NCBI GenBank assembly: GCA_903876735.1
Contig: CAIRAW010000038.1
Coordinates: 94,932 to 158,931 of the forward strand
From: an uncultured beta proteobacterium
GTDB taxonomy: Bacteria > Pseudomonadota > Gammaproteobacteria > Burkholderiales > Burkholderiaceae_C
DNA: 64,000 bases
Reading direction: 5' to 3'
Each line of letters opens with the position of its first letter. Positions within the stretch are counted from its first letter, which is position 1. Positions 50,544-59,777 of this stretch are shown here, piece after piece. Below the pieces are notes generated by a model. That model saw nothing but the letters and a program-made list of their open reading frames with translations. It was not told where the DNA came from and searched no databases. The position numbers and the translations under genes were made by a program.

Positions 50544-51533
50544 ATGGACTCCCGTCGCGATTTCCTCAAAGGGGTTCTCGCAGGCAGTGCCGCCCTCGGC
50601 GCAGCCGCTGTTGCACCACCCGCCTGCGCCCGCGAAACGCTCAGTCGACCGACCGATGCGCTCGGCCTGCTGTACGACGCCACGTTGTGCATCGGCTGCA
50701 AGGCCTGCGTTGCGGCCTGCAAAGAGGCCAACAACAACCCACCCGAATTCTCCACCGCCGACAAACTGTGGGACACGCCGCTTGACACCTCGGGCTACAC
50801 CTTCAACCTGATCAAGATGTACCGCAACGGCACAATGGAAGCGAAGGACTCGGAAGTCAACGGTTACGCCTTCATGAAGACCTCCTGCATGCACTGCGCT
50901 GACCCGTCCTGCGTCTCGGCCTGCCCGGTCTCGGCCATGACCAAAGACCCCGTCACCGGCATCGTCGCCTATGACGCCGGCGCCTGCGTCGGCTGCCGCT
51001 ACTGCGTCGTTGCCTGCCCGTTTGGTATTCCGAAATTTCAGTACGACTCACCCACCGGCAAGATCGGCAAGTGCGAACTGTGCCGGCACCGCACCAAGGA
51101 CGGCCACTATTCGGCCTGCGCCGAAGTCTGCCCAACCGGCGCCACACTGTATGGCCGGACCAGCGAACTGCTGCTCGAAGCCAAGCGCCGCATCGCGCTC
51201 AAGCCAGGCAGCCAGACGCGCTACCCGCGTGGCAAGCTCGGCGGTACCGACCAGAGCTATGAAGGAAGCGTGGGCAACTACCTGCAACATGTCTACGGCG
51301 AAAAAGAGTACGGCGGCACGCAGGTGCTCAAACTCTCGGCGGTGAATTTCGCCAAGGTCGGCCAGCCCGACCTGCCACCCAAGTCCTCGGCCGCCACCTC
51401 CGAGACCATCCAGCACTCGCTCTATGGCGGACTGATCATGCCGATTGCCGTACTCGGTGCGCTGAGTTACATCGCCAAGAAAAACGTGCACGACGAGGAT
51501 GATCCGGCGGCGCACGGAACAGGGGAGAAATGA
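50544..51533 (+). CDS. hybA: Hydrogenase 4x[4Fe-4S] ferredoxin-type subunit, Tat-exported (HybA-like)
   Basis: SRRDFLKG Tat motif. Cys clusters are CIGCKACVAAC, CMHCADPSCVSACP, CVGCRYCVVACP and CELC..CAEVCP. A C-terminal TM anchor is present. Confidence 0.9.
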   Translation: MDSRRDFLKGVLAGSAALGAAAVAPPACARETLSRPTDALGLLYDATLCIGCKACVAACKEANNNPPEFSTADKLWDTPLDTSGYTFNLIKMYRNGTMEAKDSEVNGYAFMKTSCMHCADPSCVSACPVSAMTKDPVTGIVAYDAGACVGCRYCVVACPFGIPKFQYDSPTGKIGKCELCRHRTKDGHYSACAEVCPTGATLYGRTSELLLEAKRRIALKPGSQTRYPRGKLGGTDQSYEGSVGNYLQHVYGEKEYGGTQVLKLSAVNFAKVGQPDLPPKSSAATSETIQHSLYGGLIMPIAVLGALSYIAKKNVHDEDDPAAHGTGEK

Positions 51534-52702
51534 GCATGACCCAGCATCACAACGCGCGTCCTGCACCCATTGGCGGCGCCCTGATCAATGCCGCTACCCT
51601 GGTCTGCGCCATCCTCATCGCCATCCTGGCGGCCATCCTGCTGGTGCGTTTCGTCTTTGGCATCGGTGCCGTCACCAACGTCAACGACGGCTACTCCTGG
51701 GGCATCTGGGTCGTGGTCGACGTCATGATCGGCTCGGCACTGGCCTGCGGCGGCTTCTCGGTCGCGCTGCTGGTCTACATCTTCAACAAGGGCGAGTACC
51801 ACCCACTGATCCGCCCGGCCCTGCTGGCCAGCCTGTTTGGCTACACCCTGGCCGGTAGCGGCATCTTTTTCGACCTCGGTCGCTGGTGGAACTTCTGGCA
51901 CATCTTCTGGCCGAGCTACGCCAATCCGAACTCCGTGATGTTTGAAGTGGCGGTCTGCGTCACGGCCTATATCGTGGTCATGTGGATCGAGTTCGCGCCC
52001 GTCTTCCTGGAAAAATTCGGCCTGAAAGACGTCAAAAAGAAACTGACCAAAGTGCTGTTCTTCTTCATCGCGCTGGGCATGGTGCTGCCGATGATGCACC
52101 AGGCCTCGCTCGGAACCATGCTGGTGGTGATGGGTGGCCAGGTCAATCCGCTGTGGCAGACCCCGGCCGTGCCGCTGATCTACCTGCTCACCGCCATCAT
52201 CATCGGCTACGGAGTCGTGCTGTTCGAGTCCTGCGTTGCGGCATCAGCTTATCGGCGCCAAATCGAGACCCATCTGCTCAACCCGATGTCCAGAATCATG
52301 CTCGGCGTGTTGGCGGTCTATCTGCTGGTGCGACTGGGTGACCTGCTGGCACGCGGCGCCATGGGTGAGGCCTTCAAACCGAACCTGCAGGCCTTTGCCT
52401 TCTGGCTGGAAAACCTGTGCTTCATCGCGCCCTTCTTCCTGATCGGCAATGCCGAGGCAAGGCGCAATCCGGCACGCCTGTTTCTGGCCGGCATCGCCAT
52501 CATGCTCGGCGGCATCCTGCTGCGCCTGAACGGATTCCTGATCGGTTACAGCCACCACACCGGATCCGGCTGGACTTATTTCCCGTCCTTTTCGGAGGTG
52601 ATGGTGACCACCGGGATGTTCGCCATCGAGGTGCTCGGTTACATCATCATCACGCGTCGCTTCCCTGTGCTGCCACGGGAAGAGGTTCAGGTGGCCAGTT
52701 AA
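51530..52702 (+). CDS. hybB: NrfD/PsrC-family integral membrane quinone-interacting subunit (HybB-like)
   Basis: 390-aa polytopic ORF (..NVNDGYSWGIWVVVDVMIGSALACGGF..). ATGA overlap with hybA. Positioned between the small and large subunit genes, as in hybOABC. Confidence 0.9.
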   Translation: MSMTQHHNARPAPIGGALINAATLVCAILIAILAAILLVRFVFGIGAVTNVNDGYSWGIWVVVDVMIGSALACGGFSVALLVYIFNKGEYHPLIRPALLASLFGYTLAGSGIFFDLGRWWNFWHIFWPSYANPNSVMFEVAVCVTAYIVVMWIEFAPVFLEKFGLKDVKKKLTKVLFFFIALGMVLPMMHQASLGTMLVVMGGQVNPLWQTPAVPLIYLLTAIIIGYGVVLFESCVAASAYRRQIETHLLNPMSRIMLGVLAVYLLVRLGDLLARGAMGEAFKPNLQAFAFWLENLCFIAPFFLIGNAEARRNPARLFLAGIAIMLGGILLRLNGFLIGYSHHTGSGWTYFPSFSEVMVTTGMFAIEVLGYIIITRRFPVLPREEVQVAS

Positions 52703-52724
52703 ATAAATAAAGATGGAGACAAAA

Positions 52725-54431
52725 ATGTCAAAGCGCATAACGATTGATCCAATCACCCGCATCGAAGGCCACCTGCGGATCGACGTCGACATTGACGGCG
52801 GCAAGGTGCAGAAGGCCTGGTCCTCGGGACAGATGTGGCGCGGCGTGGAACTGATCCTGCTCGGGCGCGACCCGCGCGACGCCTGGGCCATCACGCAGCG
52901 CATCTGCGGCGTCTGCACCACGGTGCACGCCATCACCTCGGTGCGCGCGGTCGAGAACGCGCTCAAGATGGAGATTCCGCTCAACGCGCAGTACATCCGC
53001 AACCTGATCATCCTGGCGCACTCGGTACATGACGCCATCGTGCACTTCTACCATCTGTCGGCGCTCGACTGGGTTGACGTCACCTCGGCGCTGAAGGCCG
53101 ATCCTGACAAGACCTCGATCCTGGGTGAGAGCCTCTCAAGCTGGCATCTCAACAGCAAGCACGAGATGCGCCGCGTGCATGAGCGGCTCAAGCACTTCGT
53201 CAATGGCGGGCAGCTTGGCATCTTCACAAACGGCTACTGGGGCCATCCGGCGATGAAACTCTCGCCCGAGGTCAACCTGCTGGCGGTGGCGCATTACCTG
53301 CAGGCGCTTGAGGTGCAGCGCAAGGCGAACAAGATCGTCTCCATCCTGGGCTCCAAGACACCGCACATCCAGAACGTGGCGGTCGGCGGCGTTGCCAACC
53401 CGCTGGCCACCGATTCGCAGGCGGTGTTGACGGTCGAACGCCTGATGGCCATCAAGGGCTGGATCGACGAGCTCTCCGACTTCGTCAAGAACGTCTACCT
53501 GATCGACGTTGCTGCCGTTGGCGCCTTCTACCCGGAGTGGACGGCGATTGGCAAAGGCGTCACCAACTACCTGTCGGTGCCTGACATTCCGCTCGACACC
53601 AAGGGCACGCAATTTGCATTCCCCGGCGGCTTCATCGAAGGCGCCGATCTGGCCACGCGCAAGCCGATATCGTCCTTCAGCGATCAATACTGGCAAAAAG
53701 GCGTGGAGGAGTCGGTCAAGCACTCCTGGTACAACTACGAAAAGGCCGGCGCCCTGCACCCGTACAAGGGCGAGACCAGTCCGAACTACACCGACTTCAA
53801 GGAAGACGCCAAGTACTCCTGGATGAAGTCGCCCACCTTCTACGGCAAAACGGCGCAGGTCGGCCCGCTGGCGCGCGTTCTCAACGGCCTGGCTACCGGT
53901 CACGCCCCTACCACCAAGTACGCCACCGCCGCACTGGACACGGTATCGGCCCTGGCCAAGACCAAGATCGGCCTGGGCGCCATGCACTCAACCATCGGTC
54001 GCCACGCAGCTCGCGCCATCACCTGCTGCGTCAACGTCGATCTGCTGGCCGACCAGTGGACCGCCCTGCTCACCAACATGGGTAAGGGCGACCTGGCCAC
54101 CTTCAACAAACCGGTGTTTCCCAAAGACGAAGTCATGGGCGTGGGCTTTCACGAAGCGCCACGCGGTGCGCTGTCGCACTGGGTTGTCATCGACAACGGC
54201 AAGATCAAGAACTACCAGTGTGTTGTACCCTCGACCTGGAACGCCTGCCCACGCAACGACAAGGACGAGCCCGGCCCTTATGAAGCCTCCCTCATGGGAA
54301 CGCCGATTGCGGACGTTGAAAAACCGCTTGAAGTGCTGCGCACCATCCACTCGTTTGACCCCTGCATCGCCTGCGCCATTCACCTGACCGACAAGGACAG
54401 TGACACGGCAATCTCGATCAAGGCGGTCTGA
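52725..54431 (+). CDS. hybC: [NiFe] hydrogenase large subunit
   Basis: N-terminal ITIDPITRIEGHLRI and RICGVCTTVHA. C-terminal DPCIACAIH is followed by a cleavable extension. The ATG at 52725 (GGAGA 7 nt upstream) is preferred over 52713. Confidence 0.95.
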   Translation: MSKRITIDPITRIEGHLRIDVDIDGGKVQKAWSSGQMWRGVELILLGRDPRDAWAITQRICGVCTTVHAITSVRAVENALKMEIPLNAQYIRNLIILAHSVHDAIVHFYHLSALDWVDVTSALKADPDKTSILGESLSSWHLNSKHEMRRVHERLKHFVNGGQLGIFTNGYWGHPAMKLSPEVNLLAVAHYLQALEVQRKANKIVSILGSKTPHIQNVAVGGVANPLATDSQAVLTVERLMAIKGWIDELSDFVKNVYLIDVAAVGAFYPEWTAIGKGVTNYLSVPDIPLDTKGTQFAFPGGFIEGADLATRKPISSFSDQYWQKGVEESVKHSWYNYEKAGALHPYKGETSPNYTDFKEDAKYSWMKSPTFYGKTAQVGPLARVLNGLATGHAPTTKYATAALDTVSALAKTKIGLGAMHSTIGRHAARAITCCVNVDLLADQWTALLTNMGKGDLATFNKPVFPKDEVMGVGFHEAPRGALSHWVVIDNGKIKNYQCVVPSTWNACPRNDKDEPGPYEASLMGTPIADVEKPLEVLRTIHSFDPCIACAIHLTDKDSDTAISIKAV

Positions 54432-54448
54432 ACGGCCTTACTATCAAG

Positions 54449-54480
54449 GGGTCGGCGTATCCAGCCGGCCCTTTTCATTT
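54449..54480 (+). terminator. Hairpin plus T-tract between hybC and hybD (intra-operon terminator/attenuator or mRNA-stabilising stem)
   Basis: GGGTCGGC(54449-54456)-gtatcca-GCCGGCCC(54464-54471) forms 7 Watson-Crick pairs plus 1 G-U. It is followed directly by TTTTCATTT. Confidence 0.45.
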
Positions 54481-54494
54481 CTGGGGTTTGTCCT

Positions 54495-54986
54495 ATGCGT
54501 GCAGTGGTTCTGGGAATCGGCAACACCATCCTGACCGATGAGGCGGCGGGTGTGTGCGCGGTCGAATTGCTGGAGCAGCACTACCAGATGCCCGACAACG
54601 TGCTGGTGATCGACGGCGGCACCTCGGGCATGGAGATGATCGAAGACCTGTCGGACCTTGATTTCCTGATCGTCATCGACGTCGTCAAGACCGGCGCCGC
54701 ACCCGGCACCGTGGTAAAAATCGCGGGCGACGAGATTCCGGTGTTCTTCCGGCGCAAACTCTCGCCACATCAGATTGCCCTGCCCGACGTGCTGGCCAGT
54801 CTGGAGTTGCTCGACGCCATGCCGAAAGAAATCGTCGTGCTCGGCGTCGAGCCGATCTCGCTTGAACTTGGCATGGAGATGACCCCCTCCATCGCCGAAC
54901 AGGTCCCCGTGCTGGTCGAGATGGCAGTGGCCGAGCTGCGCGCACGCGGCTACCAGCTCAGTGCGCCAAGCGCCAAGGCAGTCTGA
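54495..54986 (+). CDS. hybD: Hydrogenase maturation endopeptidase
   Basis: 163 aa. MRAVVLGIGNTILTDEAAGV.. and ..VIDGGTSG.. / ..LSPHQ.. match the HybD/HyaD family pattern. Confidence 0.9.
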   Translation: MRAVVLGIGNTILTDEAAGVCAVELLEQHYQMPDNVLVIDGGTSGMEMIEDLSDLDFLIVIDVVKTGAAPGTVVKIAGDEIPVFFRRKLSPHQIALPDVLASLELLDAMPKEIVVLGVEPISLELGMEMTPSIAEQVPVLVEMAVAELRARGYQLSAPSAKAV

Positions 54987-54987
54987 G

Positions 54988-55245
54988 ATGTGCCTGGCCG
55001 CCCCTTCGCGCGTGATCGAGGTGCAGGATGGCGTGGCCATCACCGATTGCTTCGGCCAGCGGCGCCAGGTCAGCCTGTTGCTGCTCGACGAAGAAGTGGC
55101 GGTTGGCGACTACCTGCTGATCCAGGCCGGTGGCTTTGCTTTTGAGCGCGTCGATGCAGCGCAGGCCGAAGAAGCTCTGGCGCTGATGGAAAAGCTGATG
55201 GCACAAGGCACCGATGCCCGCATCTGGGGCGAAGCCAGCGAATGA
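54988..55245 (+). CDS. hybG: HypC-family hydrogenase assembly chaperone (HybG-like paralogue)
   Basis: Starts MCLAAPSRVIEV.. with the invariant N-terminal Cys2. 85 aa. The start is the ATG at 54988. Confidence 0.85.
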   Translation: MCLAAPSRVIEVQDGVAITDCFGQRRQVSLLLLDEEVAVGDYLLIQAGGFAFERVDAAQAEEALALMEKLMAQGTDARIWGEASE

Positions 55246-55730
55246 AATTCCAGACTGAGAACCCGACCGACGCCGTCGAGCAGGCGTTCTTTCGCATCGA
55301 GCGCGAGCAGATGGCCGATGTGCCGATCCTGAACCCGGCGCTCACCGTCGAGGCGATTGACTTTCAGCGCTGGCAGGGCCACTGGCTGGGCATTGTCGTA
55401 ACCCCTTGGTGCATGAGCATCCTGCTGCTGCCTGGCAGCACCGAGGGCTGGACTTCGACCGGTGAGAACAAGCGCCGCTTTGTCAAGTTCCCGGCCGGCG
55501 ATTTTGCTTTTCTGGGTGGAATGGAAGCCGAACTCGGCGAGTACCAGAGCTGCCCGCTGTTCTCGCCAATGGACAGATTTGCCAGCCAGATCGACGCGAC
55601 CCAGACCGCGCGCGCCTCGCTGATCGGGCTGCTGTCGGCGCCGGTTGCCCCGGCCAAGCCAACGCCCAAGCGGGACAAAGCGGCCGACCAGCCCGACCTG
55701 TCGCGTCGGCGCTTCTTTGCCATACGCTAG
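55242..55730 (+). CDS. hybE: [NiFe] hydrogenase assembly chaperone HybE-like
   Basis: 162 aa. ..WQGHWLGIVVTPWCMSILLLP.. and ..GEYQSCPLFSPM.. are HybE-family blocks by recall. ATGA overlap with the preceding gene. Confidence 0.75.
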   Translation: MKFQTENPTDAVEQAFFRIEREQMADVPILNPALTVEAIDFQRWQGHWLGIVVTPWCMSILLLPGSTEGWTSTGENKRRFVKFPAGDFAFLGGMEAELGEYQSCPLFSPMDRFASQIDATQTARASLIGLLSAPVAPAKPTPKRDKAADQPDLSRRRFFAIR

Positions 55731-55752
55731 TTCTTTCGATAGACTGAGCTCC

Positions 55753-56094
55753 ATGCATGAAATGTCGCTCGCTGAAGGGGTGCTGCAGCTGATCGAGGAT
55801 TCGGCGCGGCAGCAGAATTTCTCCAAAGTCAGTACCGTCTGGCTCGAGATCGGCGAGCTCTCGGGCGTCGAGGTTGAGGCCATGGCGTTCTGCTTCGACG
55901 CCGTGACGCGCGACAGTGTGGCGCAAGGCGCCCGGCTCGAGATCATCACCCTGCCCGGCACTGGCTGGTGCATGGCCTGCGCCGTGACGGTGCCGATGAG
56001 CGAAGTGTTTGGCGAGTGTCCGCATTGCGGCGGCCACCAGATGCAGGTCACAGGCGGCACCGAGATGCGCCTGAAAGAATTGGAAGTAGAGTAG
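55753..56094 (+). CDS. hypA: Hydrogenase nickel-insertion protein HypA
   Basis: MHEMSLAEGVL.. (MHE nickel-site N-terminus) and zinc site CMAC..CPHCG. 113 aa. Confidence 0.9.
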   Translation: MHEMSLAEGVLQLIEDSARQQNFSKVSTVWLEIGELSGVEVEAMAFCFDAVTRDSVAQGARLEIITLPGTGWCMACAVTVPMSEVFGECPHCGGHQMQVTGGTEMRLKELEVE

Positions 56095-56171
56095 GCTGAG
56101 ACTTTGTGGGACAGACCGCAGCGACGCAGCAGCGCGCCAGCTCTGTCCTCAACTTGAAAGAGAGAAACCGA

Positions 56172-57116
56172 ATGTGCACAACCTGCGGCTGCGGTGCCGG
56201 CGAAGTGAAAATCGAAGGCCAAGCGCCCGACCATGCGCATGAACACGTGCATGCCGACGGCACGAAACACAGCCATGACCACGGCCACGACCACGGTCAT
56301 GAGCACAGCCACGCACATCCGCACGAACACGAGCACGCCCACGAACACATTGCGCCAGCGCAGCATTCGCACGCACCGGGTTTCAGCACCAAGCGCATGG
56401 TGCAAATCGAGCAGGACATCCTGGCCAAGAACAATGCCTACGCCAACGAGAACCGGCAACAACTGGCCGAGCACGGCATCTTTGCGCTGAACCTGGTTTC
56501 CAGCCCCGGATCCGGCAAAACCACATTGCTGTGCAAGACCATCACGCTGCTGGGCAAGCAGCCACTGGCCGTGATCGAGGGCGACCAGCAGACCAGCCAG
56601 GACGCACAGCGCATCCGCGCCACCGGCGCCCCCGCGATCCAGATCAACACCGGCAAGGGCTGCCATCTGGACGCGCACATGGTCGGCCACGCGCTGCAAC
56701 AACTGCGCCTGCAGGATGATTCGCTGCTGATGATCGAGAACGTCGGCAACCTGGTCTGCCCGGCCGCCTTTGACCTGGGCGAAGCGCACAAGGTGGTGAT
56801 CCTGTCGGTCACCGAAGGCGAGGACAAACCGATCAAGTATCCCGACATGTTCCGCGCCGCCAGCCTGATGCTGCTCAACAAGATCGACCTGCTGCCGTAT
56901 CTGGACTTCGATGTGGCAGCCGCCATCGGTTTTGCGCGCCAGGTCAACCCGCAGATCCGCGTCATCCAGGTCTCGGCCACCAGCGGCGCCGGCATGGACG
57001 AATGGCTGGCATTTTTGCGCGAGGGCCTGGCCGCCGCGCACAGCGCACGCCATGAGACTGTTGACCAACTCAAGCAGCGCGTCGCAGCGCTGGAAGCGCA
57101 GTTGCAACGCACGTGA
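56172..57116 (+). CDS. hypB: Hydrogenase nickel-incorporation GTPase HypB with His-rich nickel-storage region
   Basis: N-terminal MCTTCGCG (CxxCGC), a His-rich stretch [40 protein letters not shown]-loop [10 protein letters not shown], and [10 protein letters not shown]. Confidence 0.95.
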   Translation: MCTTCGCGAGEVKIEGQAPDHAHEHVHADGTKHSHDHGHDHGHEHSHAHPHEHEHAHEHIAPAQHSHAPGFSTKRMVQIEQDILAKNNAYANENRQQLAEHGIFALNLVSSPGSGKTTLLCKTITLLGKQPLAVIEGDQQTSQDAQRIRATGAPAIQINTGKGCHLDAHMVGHALQQLRLQDDSLLMIENVGNLVCPAAFDLGEAHKVVILSVTEGEDKPIKYPDMFRAASLMLLNKIDLLPYLDFDVAAAIGFARQVNPQIRVIQVSATSGAGMDEWLAFLREGLAAAHSARHETVDQLKQRVAALEAQLQRT

Positions 57117-57132
57117 GAAAGCAGCGATTATT

Positions 57133-57220
57133 TTGTCATCCCGGACTTGGTTGTCATCCCGGACTCGATCCGGGATCCATGCCTTTTGCGTCATGGATTG
57201 CGGGTCGAGCCCGCAATGAC
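57133..57220. repeat. REP-like palindromic element (type 1) filling the hypB-hypF spacer
   Basis: A partial duplicate TTGTCATCCCGGACTT is followed by GTCATCCCGGACTCGATCCGGGATCCATG..CATGGATTGCGGGTCGAGCCCGCAATGAC. Same family as 28928-28996. The terminal GCAATGAC contains the hypF ATG (57216). Confidence 0.75.
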
Positions 57221-59543
57221 GAGAAGCAAATCCATCGCGCGCCGCATTCGCGTCAGCGGCATCGTGCAGGGCGTGGGTTTTCGACCCTTTGTCTGGCGAC
57301 TGGCGCAGGAACTCCATCTCGACGGCTGGGTGCGCAACGACGCGCGAGGCGTTGAGATCCTGGCCCAGGGCAACCGGGCCGCGCTCAATGACTTGCTGGC
57401 GCGCCTGCGCAGCGAGGCCCCGGCACTGGCCTGCGTCGATGACGTGCAGGCGCAAGACGCCACTCCCACCGCCTTGAGCGGCTTCGACATCCTGCCCAGC
57501 GTGCAGGGCCAGTCCAGCAGCAGCAGCAACACCGCCATCGGCCCCGACGTCGCCGTCTGCCCGGACTGTCTGGCCGAACTGTTCGACCCACGCGGCCGAC
57601 GCTGGCGCCACGCGTTCATCACCTGCACGCACTGCGGTCCCCGCTACACCGTGACCCGCACCCTGCCCTACGACCGACCGCAGACCAGCCTGGCGCCATT
57701 TCCGCTGTGCCCAAGCTGCGAGCGCGAATACACAACACCTTCGAACCGGCGCTTTCACGCCGAGACCACTTGCTGCCCGCACTGCGGCCCGCAACTCGCG
57801 CTGCACGATGCGCAGGGTCAGATGCTGAGCGGCGACCCGATCACGCAGACGCTGGCCCTGCTGCGCGCGGGCTCCATCGTCGCCATCAAGGGGTTGGGCG
57901 GCTTTCATCTGGCCTGTGACGCGCGCAATGCCGATGCCGTACAGCGCCTGCGCGAGCGCAAGAACCGCGAGGCCAAACCATTTGCCGTGATGAGCGCCAA
58001 TGTCGCGAGCGTGGCATCTTACGCACGCGTGTCTGACTCTGAACGCGAGCTGCTGGAGAGCCGTGAACGCCCGGTGGTCCTGTTGCGCGCGCTGCCCGGC
58101 TGCGAAGCGCTGCTGGCCGGCGTTGCGCCCGGCCTGATGGAGCTTGGCGTCATGCTGCCGACCACGCCGATCCACTTCCTGCTGTTCCACGAAGCCGCCG
58201 GTCAACCGACGGGCACGGAATGGCTGGCCGTGCCGCAGCAGTTGCTGCTGGTGATGACCAGCGCCAACCCCGGCGGCGAGCCGATCGTGCGCGACTCAAT
58301 CGAGGCGCGCAGCCGTCTCGCGGGCATTGCCGACGCCATCCTCAACCACGACCGCGCCATCGTCGCGCGCTGCGACGACAGTGTGCTGCGACCGCTGGGG
58401 AGCGGCGCGCAGTACATCCGGCGCAGCCGCGGCTACACGCCGTCGGCCATCCGCTTGCCGCACGGTGGGCCGTCGGTGCTGGCCTTTGGCGCGCACCTGA
58501 AAAACGCCATCTGCGTGACCCGTGGCGACCAGGCTTTTGTCTCGCCGCACATCGGCGACCTCGATAGCGCGGCGACCTGCGATTTTCTGGATGAGACGGT
58601 GGAGCGCATGCTCAGCCTGCTCGAAGTCACGCCCGAGATCGTGGCGCACGACCTGCACCCCGATTACCACAGCACGCGCGCCGCGCTGGCCTTTGCCGCG
58701 CGTCTGGGCCTGTCGACGCTGGCAGTGCAGCACCACCATGCCCACATCGCCGCCGTCTGCGCCGAGCACGGCCACCGGGGACCGGTGCTGGGGCTGGCGC
58801 TCGACGGCGTCGGCCTGGGCTCCGACGGCACGGCCTGGGGCGGTGAACTCTTGCGCGTTGACGGCGCGCAGTTCGAGCGCATCGGCCATTTGCGGCCCCT
58901 GCCGCTGCCCGGCGGCGACAAGGCAGCCCGCGAGCCCTGGCGCATGGCGGCATCCGTGCTGCACGAACTCGGGCGCAACGCAGATATCAGCACGCGCTTT
59001 ACCCAGATTGGTGCCAGCGTCATCGCGCAGATGCTGGAGAAAAACATCAACTGCCCGCGCTCGAGCAGCATGGGCCGCGTCTTTGATGCTGCCGCCGGGC
59101 TGCTGGGCCTGTGCGAACAGATGCAATACGAGGCACAGGCTGCCATTTTTCTGGAGCAGGCCGCCACGCGCCACATCGAACAACACGGCTGGCCAGCGGC
59201 ACTGCCGCAAGGCTGGCGCATCGGCGCCGACGGGCAACTCGATCTGCTGGCACTGCTGGCCGCGATGGACGGTGCCCGCGATGTCGATCAGGCGGCTGCC
59301 GTTTTTCACGCCACGCTGATCACAGCCTTGAGCGAGTGGGTTACACAGGCCGCCTCTGCACAAGGCGTGAAAACCCTGAGCTGGGGCGGTGGCTGCTTTC
59401 TGAACACCCTGTTATCGTTGCGACTGCGGCAGAATATGGAAGAACAAGGTTTGACCATCCTGGCACCCCGGCGCCTGTCACCGGGCGACGCCAGCGTTGC
59501 CGTCGGACAGGCCTGGATTGCCATCAACGCAAAGGATCACTGA
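57216..59543 (+). CDS. hypF: Carbamoyltransferase HypF
   Basis: Acylphosphatase domain (IRVSGIVQGVGFRPFVWRLA). Two zinc fingers (CPDCLAEL..CTHCGPRYT; CPSCEREY..CPHCGPQL). YrdC-like and Kae1-like domains are present. The track start at 57147 translates the REP element and is rejected. Confidence 0.95.
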   Translation: MTRSKSIARRIRVSGIVQGVGFRPFVWRLAQELHLDGWVRNDARGVEILAQGNRAALNDLLARLRSEAPALACVDDVQAQDATPTALSGFDILPSVQGQSSSSSNTAIGPDVAVCPDCLAELFDPRGRRWRHAFITCTHCGPRYTVTRTLPYDRPQTSLAPFPLCPSCEREYTTPSNRRFHAETTCCPHCGPQLALHDAQGQMLSGDPITQTLALLRAGSIVAIKGLGGFHLACDARNADAVQRLRERKNREAKPFAVMSANVASVASYARVSDSERELLESRERPVVLLRALPGCEALLAGVAPGLMELGVMLPTTPIHFLLFHEAAGQPTGTEWLAVPQQLLLVMTSANPGGEPIVRDSIEARSRLAGIADAILNHDRAIVARCDDSVLRPLGSGAQYIRRSRGYTPSAIRLPHGGPSVLAFGAHLKNAICVTRGDQAFVSPHIGDLDSAATCDFLDETVERMLSLLEVTPEIVAHDLHPDYHSTRAALAFAARLGLSTLAVQHHHAHIAAVCAEHGHRGPVLGLALDGVGLGSDGTAWGGELLRVDGAQFERIGHLRPLPLPGGDKAAREPWRMAASVLHELGRNADISTRFTQIGASVIAQMLEKNINCPRSSSMGRVFDAAAGLLGLCEQMQYEAQAAIFLEQAATRHIEQHGWPAALPQGWRIGADGQLDLLALLAAMDGARDVDQAAAVFHATLITALSEWVTQAASAQGVKTLSWGGGCFLNTLLSLRLRQNMEEQGLTILAPRRLSPGDASVAVGQAWIAINAKDH

Positions 59544-59546
59544 ACC

Positions 59547-59777
59547 ATGTGTCTTGCACTTCCGGTCAAGGTGGTAGAGGTCGGCCCCGGCGACTCAGCC
59601 GTGGTCGATCTGGGCGGCGTGCGCAAGGAAATCTCGCTGGCCCTGCTAGACGGTGTGCAGGTGGGCGACTACGTCATCCTGCACGTCGGCTACGCGCTGT
59701 CCCGACTCGACCCGGAAGAAGCGGAAAAAACGCTGGCGCTGTTTTCAGAACTGGAAGCAAGCAGGCTGACAGCGTGA
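59547..59777 (+). CDS. hypC: Hydrogenase assembly chaperone HypC
   Basis: MCLALPVKVVEV.. 76 aa. Confidence 0.9.
   Translation: MCLALPVKVVEVGPGDSAVVDLGGVRKEISLALLDGVQVGDYVILHVGYALSRLDPEEAEKTLALFSELEASRLTA

Noticed and set aside
57132-57165. Direct duplication TTGTCATCCCGGACTT x2, considered as a possible CRISPR or tandem array.
   Set aside because: There are only two copies, 1 nt apart, and they are part of a REP unit. There are no spacers and no cas genes anywhere in the window.
57147-57215. N-terminal extension of hypF (MVVIPDSIRDPCLLRHGLRVEPA) suggested by the track ORF.
   Set aside because: The extension is simply the translation of the REP palindrome and starts at a TTG. The ATG at 57216 gives the normal spacing to the acylphosphatase motif.
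55110-58205. Very long antisense ORFs: 1031 aa here; likewise 60542-63607 (1021 aa), 40345-42288, 45097-46950, 13365-15203, 15020-16732, 16989-18335, 2009-3298, 29619-30119 and others.
   Set aside because: They lie exactly opposite genes with unmistakable family motifs (hypABF, hypEX, kinase, ACAD, livK, hutH, hutU, DASS). They are Arg/Ala/Gly/His-rich low-complexity translations with no recognisable motifs. Stop-free shadow frames are typical of GC-rich DNA.
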